Of a DNA stretch of 64,000 nt, positions 49,684-58,598 are shown one piece after another (within the stretch, counting starts at the first letter, position 1; every line of letters starts with the position of its first letter). Source of the DNA: a virus. A model generated the notes under the pieces. That model saw nothing but the letters and a program-made list of their open reading frames with translations, was not told the DNA's origin and did no database searches. The DNA is taken from positions 56,074 through 120,073 of IMG/VR virus record IMGVR_UViG_3300009155_000044; one strand, written 5' to 3'. The position numbers and the translations under genes are program-made.

Positions 49684-50305
49684 TCTACTTCGCTTTAATA
49701 ATTCTCAAAAATATATAGCACTCGACACTGAGACAGAAGGACTAAATCTAGTAAAGTCTAGACCATGGCAAGTTGCGTGGATTATTGCAGAAGGCAAACA
49801 AATCAAATCCAAGCACAGTCACTTTATCAAGTGGCCGAATCTAACAGTATCTGAAGGTGCTGCTAAAGTTACTGGATTCTCCATGGAGAAATATGAAAGA
49901 CTCGCAGAAGATCCAATGGAAGTTTTTAATAAGCTAAAGCCTTATCTTTACAATCCAGAGTATAAAATAATTGGGCAGAATCTTCTGGGGTTTGATGTTT
50001 ATATGATTAATATCTGGAGAAAAGAAATGGGATTAAAATCAGACTACTCTTTCATTGATCGAATCATTGATACTAAATCAATTGCTGCTGCAATCTTTAA
50101 AAATATTTGGCCCGATAAGAGCAACTTTACTAGCTGGCAATATAAACTTCTTCATGTTAAAGAGAAGGGTCTTAAAACATCTCAATTGACCTTGCTCAAG
50201 CATTATGGCATCTCATTTGATCAGAGCAAGTTGCACGATGCCCTTTACGATATTGAAATGAACTTCGATATTTTCCTCAAACAAATTTACGACATTGAAA
50301 TATGA
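49673..50305 (+). CDS. DEDDh 3'-5' exonuclease (Pol III epsilon-like)
   Basis: ALDTETEG, GQNLLGFD, IDT, LHDALYD. Confidence 0.88.
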   Translation: MNDNLLRFNNSQKYIALDTETEGLNLVKSRPWQVAWIIAEGKQIKSKHSHFIKWPNLTVSEGAAKVTGFSMEKYERLAEDPMEVFNKLKPYLYNPEYKIIGQNLLGFDVYMINIWRKEMGLKSDYSFIDRIIDTKSIAAAIFKNIWPDKSNFTSWQYKLLHVKEKGLKTSQLTLLKHYGISFDQSKLHDALYDIEMNFDIFLKQIYDIEI

Positions 50306-52086
50306 TTACTAGTTTTTCTCCTTACAAAAGTCCATTTCCAGCGGGGGTTAAACTTCCAGAAATTCGTGTAGATCAAAAATACTACGATCTTCTTGGATGC
50401 CAATCAAGCATTTCTAATTTTAACTTTTTGCGCAAGCTTTGCTTTGAAGGCGTTAAGAAGAGAAAAATTGACGAGCTTCCAAACAAGCAAGTTTATTATG
50501 AAAGATTAACAATGGAACTGTCAATCCTAAAGGAATTAGGATTCATTGATTATATTCTTTTGAATTGGGATGTTATCAACTATTGTCATGAGAATAAAAT
50601 CCCAGTGGGTGCGGGGCGTGGAAGTGCTCCAGGCAGTTTAGTCCTGTATTGCATCTCAGTTACAAACATTGATCCAATCAAATACGATCTCTTCTTTGAA
50701 CGATTTGTTTCTAAAAGCAGAGCTAAAATCATTGAAAGCGAAGGAGAGATTTATCTAGACGGATCTCTTCTCGCAGACATTGATAATGACATTAGTTATG
50801 AGCGCAGAAATGAAGTGATTGAATATATTAATAATAAATACAAAGGAAAAACTTCTAAAATTCTCACAATGAACACTTTGAGCGGCAAGCTTTGTGTTAA
50901 AGAGTGTGGAAAAATTGTTGCTGAAATGTCAGAAACAGAGGTGAACATCATTAGTGATTCTATTCCCAAAAAGTTTGGAAAAGTTTTCAAGCTAAAAGAT
51001 GCTTTTGAAGAGAGCGAAGTTTTTAAAACTTTCGCCTTATCTCACAAAAAAGTATATACCATTGCCAACAAACTAGAGGGTTTGAATAAGAATACTGGAG
51101 TTCATCCTTCAGGAATTGCAATTAGTTTTTATAATCTTCCAGACATTATGCCAATCCAAAAGACTGGCGAAGATGCTATTGTATCTGGATACGACATGAA
51201 CAGCGTCTCAGCATTAACTGTTAAATTCGACATCTTAGGACTTAGAACTCTGTCGGTAATTCATGATGTTTGTTCTATGATCGGAATTAACGTGGACGAC
51301 ATTAATGTTGAAGATCCTAGCATTTATGCAGCGATGCAAATCTTGAAAAGTCCCAAGGGATTGTTTCAAATTGAAGCTGATACGAACTTTCGAGTAGCTC
51401 AAAAAGTAGCTCCGAAAAATCTTCAAGAATTATCTGCTGTTGTAGCCTTAGCGCGACCTGGAGCTTTAGACTTTGTTGATCGTTATGCAGACTATTCTCG
51501 CACTGGAGAGTTTCAATCTATTCATCCATTCTTTGATGATGTGCTTTCATCTACTGGTGGATTATGTTTATACCAAGAACAAACACTTCAAATGTGTAAG
51601 AAAATTGGATTCAGCTTGGATGAAGCTGAACAGCTTAGAAGAATTATTGGCAAAAAGAAAGTTGATCAAATGGTTGTCTGGCAAGATAAAATTAAAAATA
51701 AAATTATAGAAAATGATCTAGATCCAATTGTTGGAGATGTTTTTTGGAAGGTTGCATCAGACTCTGCAAATTATAGTTTTAATAAGTGCATTTTTGAAGA
51801 AGAGACGGTTGAATTAGATTCGGGAGAAATAAAAATGTTGAAAGATATTAACTATGGAGATTATATAAAAGCTTTCGATATTCAAAACGAGCAGGATCAT
51901 TATGTTCGAGTATTAGATATAGTGAAAAATGAAAAAGAAATTTTTGAATTTGAAATGGAGAATGGGGTTTCTATCAAATGCTCTATGGAGCATAAGTTTT
52001 TATGTGAGCATGATTTAAAAATGCATCCTATTAAAGATATCCTTGAAAATAATTGGCTAATTATGTGTAATAAGAATATCATTTAG
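50302..52086 (+). CDS. dnaE: DNA polymerase III alpha N-fragment fused to split-intein N half
   Basis: GRGSAPGSLV, FERF, ADIDNDI, HPSG, KFDILGL, LYQEQ, YSFNK|C; stops after the intein N half. Confidence 0.93.
   Translation: MITSFSPYKSPFPAGVKLPEIRVDQKYYDLLGCQSSISNFNFLRKLCFEGVKKRKIDELPNKQVYYERLTMELSILKELGFIDYILLNWDVINYCHENKIPVGAGRGSAPGSLVLYCISVTNIDPIKYDLFFERFVSKSRAKIIESEGEIYLDGSLLADIDNDISYERRNEVIEYINNKYKGKTSKILTMNTLSGKLCVKECGKIVAEMSETEVNIISDSIPKKFGKVFKLKDAFEESEVFKTFALSHKKVYTIANKLEGLNKNTGVHPSGIAISFYNLPDIMPIQKTGEDAIVSGYDMNSVSALTVKFDILGLRTLSVIHDVCSMIGINVDDINVEDPSIYAAMQILKSPKGLFQIEADTNFRVAQKVAPKNLQELSAVVALARPGALDFVDRYADYSRTGEFQSIHPFFDDVLSSTGGLCLYQEQTLQMCKKIGFSLDEAEQLRRIIGKKKVDQMVVWQDKIKNKIIENDLDPIVGDVFWKVASDSANYSFNKCIFEEETVELDSGEIKMLKDINYGDYIKAFDIQNEQDHYVRVLDIVKNEKEIFEFEMENGVSIKCSMEHKFLCEHDLKMHPIKDILENNWLIMCNKNII
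51787..52083 (+). mobile_element. Split intein N-fragment (99 aa)
   Basis: CIFEEETVE (block A), GDYIKA, IKCSMEHKF (block B); strongly acidic; no C-terminal HN/SN. Confidence 0.9.
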
Positions 52087-52355
52087 TATATTTTTCTTTA
52101 GATTTTGCATTTCCTGAATTTAAAATTGCAATCGAATGCCAAGGAACTTATTTTCATATAGATCCTCGATTCTATCCAAATGGACCATCTGGGAAAATAC
52201 AAAAAAGAAACTTTGGAAGAGATAAATCTAAGAAAAAATTTCTTGACAAAAAGGGTTGGACTATGATAGAGTTATGGGAGACTGAAATAAATAACGAAGA
52301 ATTTAAAAATATTTTAACATGCAAGCTACAAGAATTAAATCTTTTAAACAATTAG
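52074..52355 (+). pseudogene. 5'-truncated Vsr/DUF559-like free-standing homing endonuclease between split-intein halves
   Basis: Frame after TAA TAA reads EYHLVYFSLDFAFPEFKIAIECQGTYFHIDP...RDKSKKKFLDKKGWTMIELWETEI...LLNN*; no start codon; overlaps both dnaE halves. Confidence 0.85.
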
Positions 52356-52432
52356 GTATTAAAAAAACTATTGATTTGGAAGTCGATTCCATTGATCATA
52401 ATTTTTATCTTAAAAACTTAATTACATCAAAT
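52319..52432 (+). mobile_element. Split intein C-fragment (38 aa)
   Basis: Block F/G DLEV...HNFY...TSN followed by Ser+1; basic N-terminal half. Confidence 0.9.
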
Positions 52433-53506
52433 TCACATTCGATTTCATATGCGAATCTTGCAGCTATTACAATTTATTTAAAATTCAATTATCCACAACA
52501 GTTTTATTTGAGTCTCTTAAAGTACGCTCAATTTGAACCAAATCCCCATGAAGAAATCTCGAAAATAACACAAGAGCTTCCATTGTTTGGCATCAAGCTT
52601 TTAGCTCCAGACTTGGCTCAGTCTGAAATTGATTTTAAAATTCAAGGAAACGATATTCGTTACGGATTAAACTCTATTAAAGGAGTGTCTACTAAATCAT
52701 TAGAGAGTTTGATTGAGTTTCGCGAAGGGCAGTTCAATAACAAGTACGAGGTCTTTTTAGCTGCCAAGCAAGCAGGGCTTAATATTGGCGTCTTATCCGC
52801 TTTGATTCAAGCTGGGGTACTTGATCACTTCTTGAATAAAGACCGCTGTAGGCTTGTCCTAGAGGCGCAGGCGTTCAACCTACTCACTGACAAGGAGAAG
52901 CGTAGCGTGATAGCTCTTGGAGAGCGCTTCAACTATGATGTTTTGAAGTGCATTCACGAATGCACAACTCAATCTCTTGTAGACGATAACAATAAATTAA
53001 TCTTTTCGGAAAAGAGATTCACCACTTTTAAATCAAAATACGAACCATACAAAGTAATTTATGAAAAAAATCATAAACACTTAAAATTCGCTAATTGGTA
53101 TTTTGAAACTAAGCTACTGGGATACAGTCACTCTACAAACATTAGAGAAGTTTTTACTGAAAACTCTGGAGAAACATTAATTTCTTCTAGTGGAATTTCT
53201 GAGCTTGGAAACAATGAAAAAATTAAATTTGTCGGAACTGTGAGTGATGTAACCTCTAGAACTAGCGCGAGAGGAAATAAATATGCTAGATTAGAAATGT
53301 CTGATGAATCTGGAAATTTGACAGGACTCATGATGGATTCTACGCAAAATGCAACATACTCTAATTTTCTTCAATCTGGCAAGGCTCTTCCCAAAAAAGG
53401 AGAAGTTATCATCTTGACTGGAAGAAAAAGCAATGATATCATCAGCATCAGTAGCCTCTCGCCCTTAGAAGATAAAATTTATATGAAGCTATCTGATATA
53501 AAGTAA
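52319..53506 (+). CDS. dnaE: Split-intein C half fused to DNA polymerase III alpha C-fragment
   Basis: MQATRIKS...TIDLEVDSIDHNFYLKNLITSN|SHSISY; YGLNSIKGV HhH; ETKLLGYS; OB fold. Confidence 0.93.
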   Translation: MQATRIKSFKQLGIKKTIDLEVDSIDHNFYLKNLITSNSHSISYANLAAITIYLKFNYPQQFYLSLLKYAQFEPNPHEEISKITQELPLFGIKLLAPDLAQSEIDFKIQGNDIRYGLNSIKGVSTKSLESLIEFREGQFNNKYEVFLAAKQAGLNIGVLSALIQAGVLDHFLNKDRCRLVLEAQAFNLLTDKEKRSVIALGERFNYDVLKCIHECTTQSLVDDNNKLIFSEKRFTTFKSKYEPYKVIYEKNHKHLKFANWYFETKLLGYSHSTNIREVFTENSGETLISSSGISELGNNEKIKFVGTVSDVTSRTSARGNKYARLEMSDESGNLTGLMMDSTQNATYSNFLQSGKALPKKGEVIILTGRKSNDIISISSLSPLEDKIYMKLSDIK

Positions 53507-53507
53507 A

Positions 53508-53513
53508 GTGTAA
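53508..53513 (+). promoter_or_regulatory. GTGTAA motif upstream of Clp ATPase gene
   Basis: aaagtgtaaaattttATGATG. Confidence 0.5.
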
Positions 53514-53519
53514 AATTTT

Positions 53520-55823
53520 ATGATGGATATTAATAATATTAAGTTTACTCCTAGTGTTGAAAGAGCATTCAATGAGGCTAAAATAAAAGTCTCTAGTAGT
53601 GATCAACATATTGTTAATAATTGTTATTTATTTTGCAGCGCATGGCAAAATGCTAATAAAAATTTTAAAGAGTACATTTTTTCTCGCGGACTAGAATTAT
53701 CAGATGAGAAAGTAGATAGATTCATTTCTAGATTTTCTCTAAAGTATCCTTATTTATTTGACTCAGATAAAAAAGAAGTTGTCTTTAGCAGTTCCACTAC
53801 CACTTCAATTGCTGAATCTTTGAGTTTTGCCCATAAAAAGAATAATTATTTTATTGGAGTTGAGCATATATTATATGGAATTCTCAGTACTACAGATGAA
53901 TTTTGCAGTTTTCTTTTAACTCAAGATGTTGATACAGAACATTTTAAAACTTGCATTGAATCTTTTATATCTGGAAATATTTTTGCAGATGATGAGAGCG
54001 AATATGATGATGAGGATGAAGATTATGAAGATGACGATGATGAGTCTCCAGATGGAGTAGCAAATGATTACGGAGATCAAGAATATGGTTATCTGAAAAA
54101 ATTTGGAAGCATTTTAAATGACGAAGTTAATCAACCATCGTTTCCAAAAATTTCTGGGAGAGATTATGAAATTGGATTAATCGAACAGTCTCTTTGTAGA
54201 AAAGTAAAGAGTAATTGTATTCTAGTTGGAGAAGCTGGAACTGGCAAAACTAGCATAGTAGAGGGATTTGCTCAATTGATATCTACCGAAGAGTATTCTG
54301 GACCACTGCAAAACAATAAAATCTACAGTCTCGACATGGGACTCTTGACTGCTGGAACTAGATATAGGGGTCAATTAGAAGATCGCTTAACAAAAGTAAT
54401 TAAACATCTAAAACTGCATAAAGAACTCATTGTTTTCATTGATGAGATTCACACAATGATTGGCACTGGCAATAAAGGGTACTCTTTAGATGTTGCAAAT
54501 ATGATTAAACCCGCTCTTGCTAGAGGAGAAATCAAGTGCATTGGAGCTACAACAATTGAAGAATATAAAAAAGTCTTTGAAAAAGATTCAGCATTAGCTA
54601 GAAGATTTGATGTTATTAACATTGATGAACCATCAAAATCAATGACTAAACAAATGTCAATACAAGCTCTTCCTAGTTATGAAAAATTTCATGAAGTTAA
54701 ATATTCAGAAAATGCTTTAAATTTAACAATTGATTTATGTGAAACTTATTTGCCGCATAAAAGATTTCCTGATAAAGTTTTTGATATTATTGATCAAGTT
54801 TCTGCAAAAACAAAAATCAAAAATAAAAAAAGTACAATTCCCAAAGTGTCTTTAGATTGTATTTATGAAGTAGTTGCTAGTAAAATTAATATTGACGTTG
54901 ATTCTATGAAGCAGAACTATAATAATGCTTTCCATAATTTTGAACTTGATTTAAATAAAAAAATCTTGGGTCAAGAGAAAAACATTTCTAAAATATATAA
55001 TGTTTTAAGCTGCTCAAAATTTGGATTTCAAAAACCTAATAAGCCAATTGCTAGCTTATTTTTTGTAGGACCAACTAGTGTTGGCAAAACTTTTACAGCA
55101 AAAGAAATTGCTTGCAAATTCTACGGTAATCCCAAAAATATTCTTCAATTAAACATGAGTGAATATCAAGAGCCAGCTTCTATTTCTAAACTGATTGGAA
55201 CTAGTGCTGGATATGTTGGATTTGAAGAGGGCGGAATTTTAACAGAATTTGTTCGCAAAAATCCTAATTCTGTTATTCTATTTGATGAAGTAGATAAATG
55301 CCATAAAAATATTCTAGATCTTCTTTTGCAGATTCTTGATGAAGCTTCTATATCTGATAATTTTAATCGTAAAATTAACTTCTCTAGATGCATCGTTATT
55401 ATGACTAGTAACATTGGCAATGAAGATGCTGGGCAAAAGCAAGTTGGATTCATTCCTCAAAAAGTTTCCACTGAAGACTCGTTCTTAGCTTCTGTAAAAA
55501 AATATTTAAGACCAGAACTTATTGCAAGAATCAATGAAATTATTGTTTTTCAAAATTTAGACATCTCTCATTTTCAGCAAATTATTACCTCTAAGCTGAA
55601 TGATATAAAAAGTATTTTGAAGAGCAAGGGTATTGAGTTAATATCTTGTAACAAGACTTTACTTTATCTATCTAGTATTGTTAAAAAAGAAAATAATGCT
55701 CGTAATATCGATTCTATTATGAGAAATCAAATTGAAGCCCCCTTAGCAAAATTCTATTTAAAAAACTCAAAAATCTCAAAAATCTCTATTAAAGTTGTTG
55801 ACAATAAGATCATATTGAGTTAA
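53520..55823 (+). CDS. ClpA/ClpC-like double AAA+ ATPase
   Basis: GEAGTGKT/FIDEIH, KPALARG, RRF, RHLPDK-like KRFPDK, GPTSVGKT/FDEVDK, MTSNIG, VGF loop, RPELIARI. Confidence 0.9.
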   Translation: MMDINNIKFTPSVERAFNEAKIKVSSSDQHIVNNCYLFCSAWQNANKNFKEYIFSRGLELSDEKVDRFISRFSLKYPYLFDSDKKEVVFSSSTTTSIAESLSFAHKKNNYFIGVEHILYGILSTTDEFCSFLLTQDVDTEHFKTCIESFISGNIFADDESEYDDEDEDYEDDDDESPDGVANDYGDQEYGYLKKFGSILNDEVNQPSFPKISGRDYEIGLIEQSLCRKVKSNCILVGEAGTGKTSIVEGFAQLISTEEYSGPLQNNKIYSLDMGLLTAGTRYRGQLEDRLTKVIKHLKLHKELIVFIDEIHTMIGTGNKGYSLDVANMIKPALARGEIKCIGATTIEEYKKVFEKDSALARRFDVINIDEPSKSMTKQMSIQALPSYEKFHEVKYSENALNLTIDLCETYLPHKRFPDKVFDIIDQVSAKTKIKNKKSTIPKVSLDCIYEVVASKINIDVDSMKQNYNNAFHNFELDLNKKILGQEKNISKIYNVLSCSKFGFQKPNKPIASLFFVGPTSVGKTFTAKEIACKFYGNPKNILQLNMSEYQEPASISKLIGTSAGYVGFEEGGILTEFVRKNPNSVILFDEVDKCHKNILDLLLQILDEASISDNFNRKINFSRCIVIMTSNIGNEDAGQKQVGFIPQKVSTEDSFLASVKKYLRPELIARINEIIVFQNLDISHFQQIITSKLNDIKSILKSKGIELISCNKTLLYLSSIVKKENNARNIDSIMRNQIEAPLAKFYLKNSKISKISIKVVDNKIILS

Positions 55824-55826
55824 TAT
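55798..55826 (+). promoter_or_regulatory. Promoter TTGACA-N17-TAATAT, 7 nt before ATG 55834
   Basis: ttgaca ataagatcatattgagt taatat catgaat ATG. Confidence 0.6.
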
Positions 55827-55833
55827 CATGAAT

Positions 55834-56097
55834 ATGACTAATACATCTAAACTCAATCAAAAAATTCCATCTTATCTATGCTCCCTGCGCGAGGTAACTA
55901 ATGCTGCCAGAGAGTCTGGTGGCAAATATTTTGGATTAGATACAATTCATGGCGAAACTATCAATGCTCGTTTCTTGGGAGAAACTAATTGTTACATGAC
56001 ATTTTATGATCGCAATGCTTCTATAGTGAGAAGTTTTAATAAAAAGTCTATTGCTAAGGTGCGAATTTGTAAAAATGAATATGTAGTTTGTCGATAG
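55834..56097 (+). CDS. Hypothetical protein (start 55834 or 55828)
   Basis: Small ORF with its own promoter and terminator. Confidence 0.6.
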   Translation: MTNTSKLNQKIPSYLCSLREVTNAARESGGKYFGLDTIHGETINARFLGETNCYMTFYDRNASIVRSFNKKSIAKVRICKNEYVVCR

Positions 56098-56109
56098 GCA
56101 TTAACTCAT

Positions 56110-56139
56110 GGGATGCGCTATTAGCGCATCCCTTTTTTT
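56110..56139 (+). terminator. Rho-independent terminator
   Basis: gggatgcgct-att-agcgcatccc followed by T7. Confidence 0.9.
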
Positions 56140-56151
56140 ATATATAAATTT

Positions 56152-57234
56152 ATGGATTTAAAAAATTTACTAAAAAATAAAACTTTCGTTTTTAATAGTG
56201 ATGAGGGATCATCAACTGATTTTGAAGTTGTTTATGAAATTATTAAATTTTGTAAATTAGGAGAAATTTCTAGCGTTGAGTTTGTTACTGCTAATGTTAA
56301 TTATGACTGCTATAAAGTTACAATTGATGATCAATCTTATTTTGTAAAATATAGTTTAGACTCTTCTTATAAAGGATTTCAAAATGAGTATTCTATTTTA
56401 AATACTAATGAGTTTGCTTGGCAACCAACTATTATAGCTCATGGAACGTTAAAATTTGGTGATGAAATTGCTTATTCAGTAACATCTTTTGAATATGCAG
56501 AAACAATAAATGAAACTGGAAGATCTATTATTATAGAATTCTTGCCAGAGTTTATTGAAAATTACTTTTCATTACAAAATAAAAATCTTTCTAGAGATAA
56601 TATAAACTCTTTTTTATCTAGAGTTTTATCAGAGTGTTCAGTAGCTAACTTGCCAGATGAAGTGGTTGAAGTTTTTAAAAGTAAAAATCAAATAGAAACA
56701 ATCAATAAAATTTCTGAAGAAATTAAAAATGATATTAATAATTTTTACAATCCTTTTATTTTAGATAAAAAAGACTTGTGTCATGGAAATTTAAATTTAG
56801 AAAATATTCTATTTAGAGATGATAATTTTAAGTTTGTAAATTTTACAAAGAGTTTTACAAGTAATTTGTACTTGGATGTGGCATCAATAATTATTAATTT
56901 TAATCTTGATAACGCTACTGAAAAACTAATTGTCAAGTCTTTTATAGACTATCAAGACTCAACTCTCTATGAAGAAAAACTTAAAGAATATAATTGCTGC
57001 TATGAAATTATGATTCGAGTAAAAGCTCTAGAGAGTTTATTTGATTTGATTCAAGAAAGCTACTCTCTTGAATCTGAAAGACCATCTAAAATTATGAAAA
57101 TCATTAGTTCTTTTTCTATTAATAGTTCTAGATTTATGAAAATACCAACGTTTAAAAAGCATTATGATTTCATCTATTCAACTATTTTAGAACCAATTAT
57201 TGGACCCAAAGATAAAGAAGAAAATGAAGGATAA
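56152..57234 (+). CDS. APH/choline-kinase-fold protein, probable pseudokinase
   Basis: YFVKYS, LCHGNLNLENILF (HGD to HGN), FVNF (D to N), LDVA. Confidence 0.7.
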   Translation: MDLKNLLKNKTFVFNSDEGSSTDFEVVYEIIKFCKLGEISSVEFVTANVNYDCYKVTIDDQSYFVKYSLDSSYKGFQNEYSILNTNEFAWQPTIIAHGTLKFGDEIAYSVTSFEYAETINETGRSIIIEFLPEFIENYFSLQNKNLSRDNINSFLSRVLSECSVANLPDEVVEVFKSKNQIETINKISEEIKNDINNFYNPFILDKKDLCHGNLNLENILFRDDNFKFVNFTKSFTSNLYLDVASIIINFNLDNATEKLIVKSFIDYQDSTLYEEKLKEYNCCYEIMIRVKALESLFDLIQESYSLESERPSKIMKIISSFSINSSRFMKIPTFKKHYDFIYSTILEPIIGPKDKEENEG

Positions 57235-57242
57235 TTCGATGC

Positions 57243-58583
57243 TCACCAATTAGCAAAACCAATGCCTGTTCTTTGCCAATTAGTTCCATTGTGTCGATAA
57301 AGGAAATTGCTGCTAAATGCCATTTGACCACTCACTCCAGCATCTCCAGTTGTTGCTGGAGCAATTCCTGTGTAGGCAAATCCATTTGTTGAAAATAGTG
57401 CTAAATTGCTGACATTACCACTAGCAGAAATAATCATGCGAGCAGTGCCACTTGTTTCTAATACCAAATCTCGCGCAAGTCCTCCAGAAATTCCTTTTTC
57501 AGTTCCTATTTTAGCAACGCTAGTATCCCATCTTAAGTTTAAACGTTCAAAGTTGTTATTATTTGTATATGTGTTATAGATTCTTGATGTTTGAGCATTA
57601 GTGATATTACGTTGAGCTAAAATATTAGCGCCATCAGAATATAAATATGCATTATTATTGAAATTAACAGAGTCGCTTAATAAAATTCCACTAGCTTTAG
57701 TATTACCAATGACTTCTAGTTTTTCTGTTGGTGTAGTTGTTCCAATGCCAATATTACCACCAGTAGTTATAATCATTCTAGCAGTCCCATCTGTCTCTAA
57801 TGCTAATGGTCTTGCGATTGCCACTCCGTTTTTGCTCGTACCAATTGTTCCAGTAATACCATTCCATCGCATCGCAATGCGTTCATAATTAGTTACACTT
57901 CCATAGATACTCCTTTGTATTTGCACATTTCCTTTAAGATAAGTATTAGCTATAGAATTGTCTCCTAAAACTACTGAATTACTACCCATGCCTCCCGCAT
58001 TATTTCCGATAACTATAGAATTATTATCACCAAGAGGATCATAAGCTGTTATATAACTACCTATTAATAAACTATTATTTATACTTTCTAATGGATAACT
58101 ACCGCCATCGTCATAATTATAACCTAGTGCGCCAGCACCATTACCAATTGCTATATTACTAGATCCATCATTCAGATAAAGAAAAGTATTAGAGCCTATT
58201 CCTAGATTATTATTTCCATATATATTGGAAAATAAGCTAGCGTTACCAATTGCTGTATTATAAGTACCAGATACATTACTAGCTAAACTCACATCACCTA
58301 TTGCTAAATTAGTGCTGATATTGCCCGATCCCCTGCCGAATGAAACGCTATTAACAACGATATCTTTTGCGAACGTTTTAGTTCCAGAGACTGTTTGATC
58401 TCCAGTTCGATAAACTGGAGAGTCAGTAATTTCAACATATCTTACATCAGCAGCGCCAGTTGTTAAAAAAGAACCTGTAGCAGAGTCTCCTATTAATAAA
58501 ACTCCACTTCCATTAACTGTTGGTCTTGCTGTAAAAGATGCTCCTTTTGCAATTAAATTATTGATGCGAAAATCAGTTGCCAT
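57243..58583 (-). CDS. Tail fibre / virion appendage protein
   Basis: TGDQTVSGTKTF, GNIGIGTTTPTEKLEV, NTAIG/NIAIG repeats, C-terminal GQMAFSSNFLY...WQR. Confidence 0.75.
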   Translation of the reverse strand: MATDFRINNLIAKGASFTARPTVNGSGVLLIGDSATGSFLTTGAADVRYVEITDSPVYRTGDQTVSGTKTFAKDIVVNSVSFGRGSGNISTNLAIGDVSLASNVSGTYNTAIGNASLFSNIYGNNNLGIGSNTFLYLNDGSSNIAIGNGAGALGYNYDDGGSYPLESINNSLLIGSYITAYDPLGDNNSIVIGNNAGGMGSNSVVLGDNSIANTYLKGNVQIQRSIYGSVTNYERIAMRWNGITGTIGTSKNGVAIARPLALETDGTARMIITTGGNIGIGTTTPTEKLEVIGNTKASGILLSDSVNFNNNAYLYSDGANILAQRNITNAQTSRIYNTYTNNNNFERLNLRWDTSVAKIGTEKGISGGLARDLVLETSGTARMIISASGNVSNLALFSTNGFAYTGIAPATTGDAGVSGQMAFSSNFLYRHNGTNWQRTGIGFANW

Positions 58584-58592
58584 TTATATTTT

Positions 58593-58598
58593 TTACAC
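58593..58598 (-). promoter_or_regulatory. GTGTAA motif 9 nt upstream of fibre ATG (overlaps SET gene stop)
   Basis: ttacac at 58593-58598. Confidence 0.45.

Noticed and set aside
52243-52267. TTGACA...TATGAT internal promoter for dnaE-C
   Set aside because: Spacer is only 13 nt.
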